Shown one piece after another: positions 59,178 through 64,000 of a stretch of 64,000 nt of DNA. This DNA comes from Sulfurimonadaceae bacterium (lineage in GTDB: Bacteria; Campylobacterota; Campylobacteria; Campylobacterales; Sulfurimonadaceae), in the NCBI GenBank assembly GCA_041571435.1, contig JBFFUI010000005.1:26214-90213 (forward strand), given 5' to 3'. A program made the translations under genes and the position numbers. The notes below the pieces were generated by a model that worked only from the letters and a program-made list of their open reading frames with translations, did not search any database and was not told where the DNA came from. Within the stretch, counting starts at the first letter, position 1, and every line of letters starts with the position of its first letter.

Positions 59178-62168
59178 ATGCCCCAAAACCGTCTGTTTGA
59201 ACAGTTTAGAAACCAGAGTGTCGATGATCTAGAACTCCTTATCTGCGAAGATGAAAAAGAGAGCCTCCGTTTAGCGGATGTTGCAAAATTTTTTGAACGT
59301 GATGTGGTCGTGTTTCCCGACTTTCGGGCCCGATACGAAGAGGACCTCCGTCCGTTCAAGGAGGAGATGCAGGAGCTTTTCAGGGCGCTTCGAACCTACT
59401 ACAAAGCAGAACAAAAACCGCTTGTCATCTCACCGCTCAAGACGCTTCTTTTCCCCCTCCCGAAGCCGGAACTTCTAGAGACATTCAGCATTGAATATGC
59501 TCAGACACTCGGGCTAAAAGCCTTCAAAGAGAAGATGCTCTTCTGGGGCTACAGCTTTGTGGACATGGTGCAGGTTGAAGGTGAGATCTCATTTCGCGGC
59601 GATATTATCGACATCTTTACGCCGAATTCCGAAAACCCCTACCGCATATCGCTCTTTGATGAAGAGATCGAAGAGATCAAACACTTTACGCTTGAAAAGC
59701 AGCGGACCATAGGCGAGGCTATTGATGAGATTGAGATCGCCCCCGCCTTTTACGCTCTGGACGAGCAGGCGTATGAGACGATCGAACAAAAAGTGCTAGA
59801 GAGCGAAAGCGACAGTTTTGTCAAAGATATGGCCTCATTGGGCTTTTGGTACCTCGGTGAGCTGGCCGCCTCTTTCATTGATGACAAGAATACACAGTTT
59901 ATCAAGCCGATGGATGCCATTTTGGATGAGGCCTACATCATCAACGAGCCGCAGGTCATCCGCGAGAAATTTGACCTTGAGGTGATGGCGGAAGAGCAGC
60001 ACTGTAAAGAGCTTGCGGTCACGAATGTCCCGACGCTGCTCTCTGTCCACAAGGGCAAAAAAGTGACGATCATCGCGTCGAACGAAGCGCAGGTCAAGCA
60101 GGCTAATCTCTTCGACACGACCGGCATCAATGTCGTCTATTCGCCGATTATCCTCAACATCATCAGTGACCAAGAGATCGTCATTTCGCTCAACAAACCG
60201 GTCGCCAAGCGCCGCCGCCGCAAAAGCAGTATCATCCTTGACGACCTTAAAAAAGGGGACTATGTCGTCCATGAGGATTACGGTGTCGGTATTTTTGAGG
60301 GGATCGAACAGGCGGAGATACTCGGCGGTGTCAAGGACTTCGTGACCATTAAGTACCAGGGTGACGACAAAGTGCTGCTGCCGGTCGAAAACCTTGAGAC
60401 GATCGACCGCTATATGGCGGGCGGCGGCGCGCTGCCGGTCCTGGACAAACTGGGCAAAGGCAGTTTCGGCCGTCTGAAAGAAAAGGTCAAGAAACGCCTC
60501 TTCGAGATCGCTTCCGAGATCATCAACACGGCGGCATCGCGCGCCCTTATCAAGGCGCCGGTCATCAAATGCGACGCCGAAGCGATCAAAAACTTTCAGA
60601 ACATGGCCGGTTTCGACTACACGGACGATCAGGCACAGTCCATCAACGAGATTTTGCAAGAGATGGGCTCGGGCCATATCATGGACAGGCTGCTCAGCGG
60701 TGACGTCGGCTTCGGTAAGACCGAGGTTGCGATGAACGCCATCTACGCCGTGGCGAAAGCGGGGTTCCAGTCGGCTATGATCGTACCGACGACCCTGCTG
60801 AGTTCACAGCACTTTCACTCGCTCGAAGAGCGTTTCAACGACCTGGGTATACGTGTGGCGAAGCTGGACCGTTTCTCAACCCCTAAAGCCAAAAAAGCGA
60901 CACTGCAGGCGTTAAAAGAGGGTCTTATAGATACGGTGGTCGGGACGCACGCCCTTTTTGGCGCCGAGTTCAAGAACCTGGGGCTTGTGATCATCGACGA
61001 AGAGCACAAGTTCGGGGTCAAACAGAAAGAGAAGCTCAAGCAGCTCTATGAGAAGGTGCACCTGCTTTCGATGAGCGCGACACCGATCCCGCGTTCGCTT
61101 AACCAGGCGCTCAGCTCCATCAAGACGATGAGCCAGCTGCTCACGCCGCCGAGCGAACGTCAGGGGGTGCGCACCTTTGTCAAAGCCTATGACGAGAAAC
61201 TGGTCAAAGAGGTCATTTTACGTGAACTGCGCCGCGGCGGGCAGGTCTTTTACGTCTTCAACAACATCAACATGATGCCGATCAAAGAGGGGGAGCTGAA
61301 AAAGCTGCTGCCGGAACTGCGCATCTTGATGCTCCACTCGCAGGTCTCGGCCGTCGAGACGGAGAAGGCGCTGCTTGATTTCCAGGAGGGAAAGTATGAC
61401 ATTATGCTGGCCACCTCCATCATCGAGTCGGGTATCCATATGCCGCAGGTCAACACGATGCTGATCGACGGTGCGGACCGTTTCGGTATTGCCGACCTGC
61501 ACCAGCTGCGCGGTCGTGTCGGACGCGGGCATACCGAAGGGTTTGCCTACTTCATCGTCGATAACAAGGAGAACCTGACAGACGAAGCGAAAAAACGTCT
61601 GGTTGCCCTGGAGTCCAACAGCTTCCTGGGCAGCGGTTCCATTCTCGCTTTCCACGATCTTGAGATCCGCGGCGGGGGGAACCTGGTCGGCGATGCACAG
61701 AGCGGGCACATTAAAAACATCGGCTATTCACTCTATCTTAAGATGCTCGAAGATGCCATCAAAGAGCTGAGCAACACCCAGGAGAAGGCGCGTGCCAAAG
61801 TCGACATCAAACTGGCGATCTCCGCCTATATCTCGGAGGAGGTGGTACAGGAAGACCGCCTGCGGCTTGAGCTTTACCGCCGCCTCAGCCAGTGCGAAGA
61901 GCCGACAGAGATCTACGAGATCGAGGAGGAGGCGATTGACCGTTTCGGCAAGCTCGACGATCCGACCAAGCAGTTCTTTGAACTGATGGTCATCAAACTG
62001 CTCTCTATCGACAAGAAGATCGCCAAGATCATGAACTACGGTCAGAACATCACCGTCGAATACGCCAATGGCTCCAAAGAGTCGCTGAAAGCGGCCAGCA
62101 AAGATGACGACGACATCATAAAAGAGGTTCTGTACTACCTGCGTAATGCAAAACCGAAGGTACTATAA
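59178..62168 (+). CDS. mfd: Transcription-repair coupling factor
   Basis: GDYVVH CarD-like domain, GDVGFGKT, DEEH, QLRGRVGR, TRCF C-terminus. Confidence 0.97.
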   Translation: MPQNRLFEQFRNQSVDDLELLICEDEKESLRLADVAKFFERDVVVFPDFRARYEEDLRPFKEEMQELFRALRTYYKAEQKPLVISPLKTLLFPLPKPELLETFSIEYAQTLGLKAFKEKMLFWGYSFVDMVQVEGEISFRGDIIDIFTPNSENPYRISLFDEEIEEIKHFTLEKQRTIGEAIDEIEIAPAFYALDEQAYETIEQKVLESESDSFVKDMASLGFWYLGELAASFIDDKNTQFIKPMDAILDEAYIINEPQVIREKFDLEVMAEEQHCKELAVTNVPTLLSVHKGKKVTIIASNEAQVKQANLFDTTGINVVYSPIILNIISDQEIVISLNKPVAKRRRRKSSIILDDLKKGDYVVHEDYGVGIFEGIEQAEILGGVKDFVTIKYQGDDKVLLPVENLETIDRYMAGGGALPVLDKLGKGSFGRLKEKVKKRLFEIASEIINTAASRALIKAPVIKCDAEAIKNFQNMAGFDYTDDQAQSINEILQEMGSGHIMDRLLSGDVGFGKTEVAMNAIYAVAKAGFQSAMIVPTTLLSSQHFHSLEERFNDLGIRVAKLDRFSTPKAKKATLQALKEGLIDTVVGTHALFGAEFKNLGLVIIDEEHKFGVKQKEKLKQLYEKVHLLSMSATPIPRSLNQALSSIKTMSQLLTPPSERQGVRTFVKAYDEKLVKEVILRELRRGGQVFYVFNNINMMPIKEGELKKLLPELRILMLHSQVSAVETEKALLDFQEGKYDIMLATSIIESGIHMPQVNTMLIDGADRFGIADLHQLRGRVGRGHTEGFAYFIVDNKENLTDEAKKRLVALESNSFLGSGSILAFHDLEIRGGGNLVGDAQSGHIKNIGYSLYLKMLEDAIKELSNTQEKARAKVDIKLAISAYISEEVVQEDRLRLELYRRLSQCEEPTEIYEIEEEAIDRFGKLDDPTKQFFELMVIKLLSIDKKIAKIMNYGQNITVEYANGSKESLKAASKDDDDIIKEVLYYLRNAKPKVL

Positions 62169-62170
62169 CA

Positions 62171-62989
62171 ATGGCAAAGATCACATTAGCATTTATCGGC
62201 GATATCGTCGGCCGTCCGGGCCGTTCTATGGTGAAGAGCCATCTTAAAGCACTGCGCGACGAATTCGGTATCGACTTCGTCATCGGCAACTACGAAAACG
62301 CCTCCCACGGTTTCGGGTTGACGGCTAAAAACGCGAAAGAGCTCTTTGAGTCGGGCATCGACGTCATGACCGGCGGCAACCACTCCTTTGACAAAAAAGA
62401 GATCGCACCGCTCTTTGAAAGTATGGAGCTGCTGCGTCCGCACAACTACCCCGATGCGATGCCCGGTACGGGCGTGAAGATGTACGAGGTCAACGGCAGC
62501 AAGCTGGGTGTTGTCAACATCATGGGGCACTACACGATGCCGATGGTGGACAACCCCTTCATCTGTGCGCAAAAAGCGGTTGAAGGGCTCAAAGTAGAGG
62601 GCGCAGAGGCGATCTTTATGGACATTCATGCCGAAGCCAGCAGCGAAAAGCGGGCGATGATGATGATGTTCCAGGGTCAGGTGAGCGCTATCTTGGGAAC
62701 GCATACCCATGTCGGTACGGACGATTTTCAGATAGCCGAGGGTACGGCCTATATGAGCGACATCGGCCTGACAGGGTGCCGTGACAATGTCATCGGTATG
62801 GAGGCAAAAGTGCCTCTTCAAAGATTTCTGACCGGTATCGGCGGCCATTTTAATGTGCCGGACAAATGCAAAAAGATCCTGCAGATCGCTATTATGGAGC
62901 TCGAAGAGGGCAAGTGCGTAAGTGCCAAAAAACTGAAGATCTTTGATGACGGCAGACGCCTGGAGAGCGAGGCGTGGATAGAGGCATGA
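62171..62989 (+). CDS. YmdB/TIGR00282 metallophosphoesterase
   Basis: GDIVG, NYEN, GNH, HAEASSEK, GTHTH. Confidence 0.93.
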   Translation: MAKITLAFIGDIVGRPGRSMVKSHLKALRDEFGIDFVIGNYENASHGFGLTAKNAKELFESGIDVMTGGNHSFDKKEIAPLFESMELLRPHNYPDAMPGTGVKMYEVNGSKLGVVNIMGHYTMPMVDNPFICAQKAVEGLKVEGAEAIFMDIHAEASSEKRAMMMMFQGQVSAILGTHTHVGTDDFQIAEGTAYMSDIGLTGCRDNVIGMEAKVPLQRFLTGIGGHFNVPDKCKKILQIAIMELEEGKCVSAKKLKIFDDGRRLESEAWIEA

Positions 62990-63618
62990 TCGACAGCGGT
63001 TATGATCTCTACTCGGCACTGCAAAAACTCGATTTGCTTAAAGACGCTCCCGAATTTTGGTGGCCGAACGCCTATACCTTTGAGGTGCTTCTAGGCGCCA
63101 TACTGACACAAAACACCCAGTGGCAGCGGGTGGAAGAGACCCTTGAGAACTTGAGAAAAAATGATCTTCTTTCGCTTGATAGTATTGCCGAGAGCTATAT
63201 CGGCATCATCATCGATTGCATCCGTCCAAGCGGATTTTTCAAAAACAAATCCAAAAACATACAACTGCTGTGCCAAAACATCATCAGAGATTTTGGCGAC
63301 TTTGAGACGTTTCAAGAGGAAGTGAGCCGTGAGTGGCTGCTGGCACAGCGGGGTATCGGGTTTGAGAGTGCCGATGCGATCCTCTGTTACGCTTGTCGGC
63401 GGGAGGTGATGGTCGTTGACAAATACACCCAGCAGCTTCTTCTGGCCCTGGGCCGTGAGTTCGAAAACTACGAGGATATCCAGGCGTGGTGCGTTGAGAA
63501 TTTCAGATCTGAAAATCTTCATCACGATCTTGCCTGTTTTCATGGTATGATAGTGGAGTATATGAAACAGCATAAAAAAGGCAAAACGGTCGACATCAGG
63601 CCATTGCTGATAAAGTGA
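62986..63618 (+). CDS. HhH-GPD DNA glycosylase (3-methyladenine glycosylase-like)
   Basis: WWP, GAILTQNT, GIGFESADAILCY, VVDKY. Confidence 0.88.
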   Translation: MIDSGYDLYSALQKLDLLKDAPEFWWPNAYTFEVLLGAILTQNTQWQRVEETLENLRKNDLLSLDSIAESYIGIIIDCIRPSGFFKNKSKNIQLLCQNIIRDFGDFETFQEEVSREWLLAQRGIGFESADAILCYACRREVMVVDKYTQQLLLALGREFENYEDIQAWCVENFRSENLHHDLACFHGMIVEYMKQHKKGKTVDIRPLLIK

Positions 63619-63626
63619 GGATCATC

Positions 63627-64000
63627 ATGAAAATAGTGTATTTATTGTTGGCTGCGCTGGCAGTGCAGGCACAAGACAACTCAATGTTGCAGTATAGCGG
63701 TGTGGACAGTACGCACGAAAACGGCGTGAAGTACCATATTGAACGCCATGTTCCGGAGGAGTGCTTTGATCTGAAGGTAAATAATGCAACGGTGTGGGAG
63801 GGCAACTATGCCGCAAAGTCTGTTCCTGAGGCGTGCAAAGGAACCCTGGTCCAGACGGTGGGCACACTCTCTCCGATGCATATGGCGGAGGGGATAGAGA
63901 GTTACGGTGAGCTGGAAGTGCTCAACTTCATCAAAGAGATGGCAACAAACAAAGAGCTGGTTCTGGTGGACTCGCGCGGAGCGGACTGGTATGAGTACGA
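63627..64000 (+). CDS. Exported rhodanese-like domain protein (partial, runs off window end)
   Basis: Manual translation MKIVYLLLAALAVQA...YGELEVLNFI...LVLVDSRGADWYEY; RBS GAGGA. Confidence 0.75.
   Translation, partial: MKIVYLLLAALAVQAQDNSMLQYSGVDSTHENGVKYHIERHVPEECFDLKVNNATVWEGNYAAKSVPEACKGTLVQTVGTLSPMHMAEGIESYGELEVLNFIKEMATNKELVLVDSRGADWYEY

Noticed and set aside
59835-63019. Long antisense ORFs (280 aa and 277 aa) opposite mfd and the YmdB-like gene
   Set aside because: Shadow ORFs in GC3-rich coding sequence; the sense genes are clearly conserved

Overview
Gene-dense chromosomal segment of a Campylobacterota (Epsilonproteobacteria) bacterium, probably a Sulfurimonas-like free-living form. 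This is inferred from the gene orders glcD-pgbA-csd3, rsmG-ribA-hemB-argF, kdsA-ribH-nusB and yajC-secD-secF-leuS-lptE-folC-M23-mfd, the futalosine-pathway gene mqnC, and TATAAT-type promoters. I found no rRNA, tRNA, CRISPR array, transposase or integrase. Most of the window is housekeeping. The most unusual part is 5.1-13.8 kb. An OprC-like copper TonB-dependent receptor and a response regulator are separated from a divergent 7TM-DISM histidine kinase by three accessory genes. These begin with a 127-nt, strongly base-paired three-way-junction leader (8063-8189). Two tandem genes follow that share a duplicated RBS + 30-aa K/E/A-rich helical repeat + TM anchor module, but carry unrelated periplasmic domains (a 12-unit beta-hairpin repeat and a small DUF4878-like domain). 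A convergent permuted NlpC/P60 enzyme gene closes the block. Other notable items: several apparently leaderless genes (one an unannotated 51-aa membrane protein), a probable ATC start codon, an AT-rich MBOAT/AlgX cassette flanked by 18-nt imperfect direct repeats, a structured element upstream of der, a glutaredoxin domain with SPYS in place of CPYC, 5- and 12-heme cytochromes, inverted heptamer arrays before leuS, and no bactofilin at the csd1-mfd junction. All family calls come from motif recognition by eye, not database searches.
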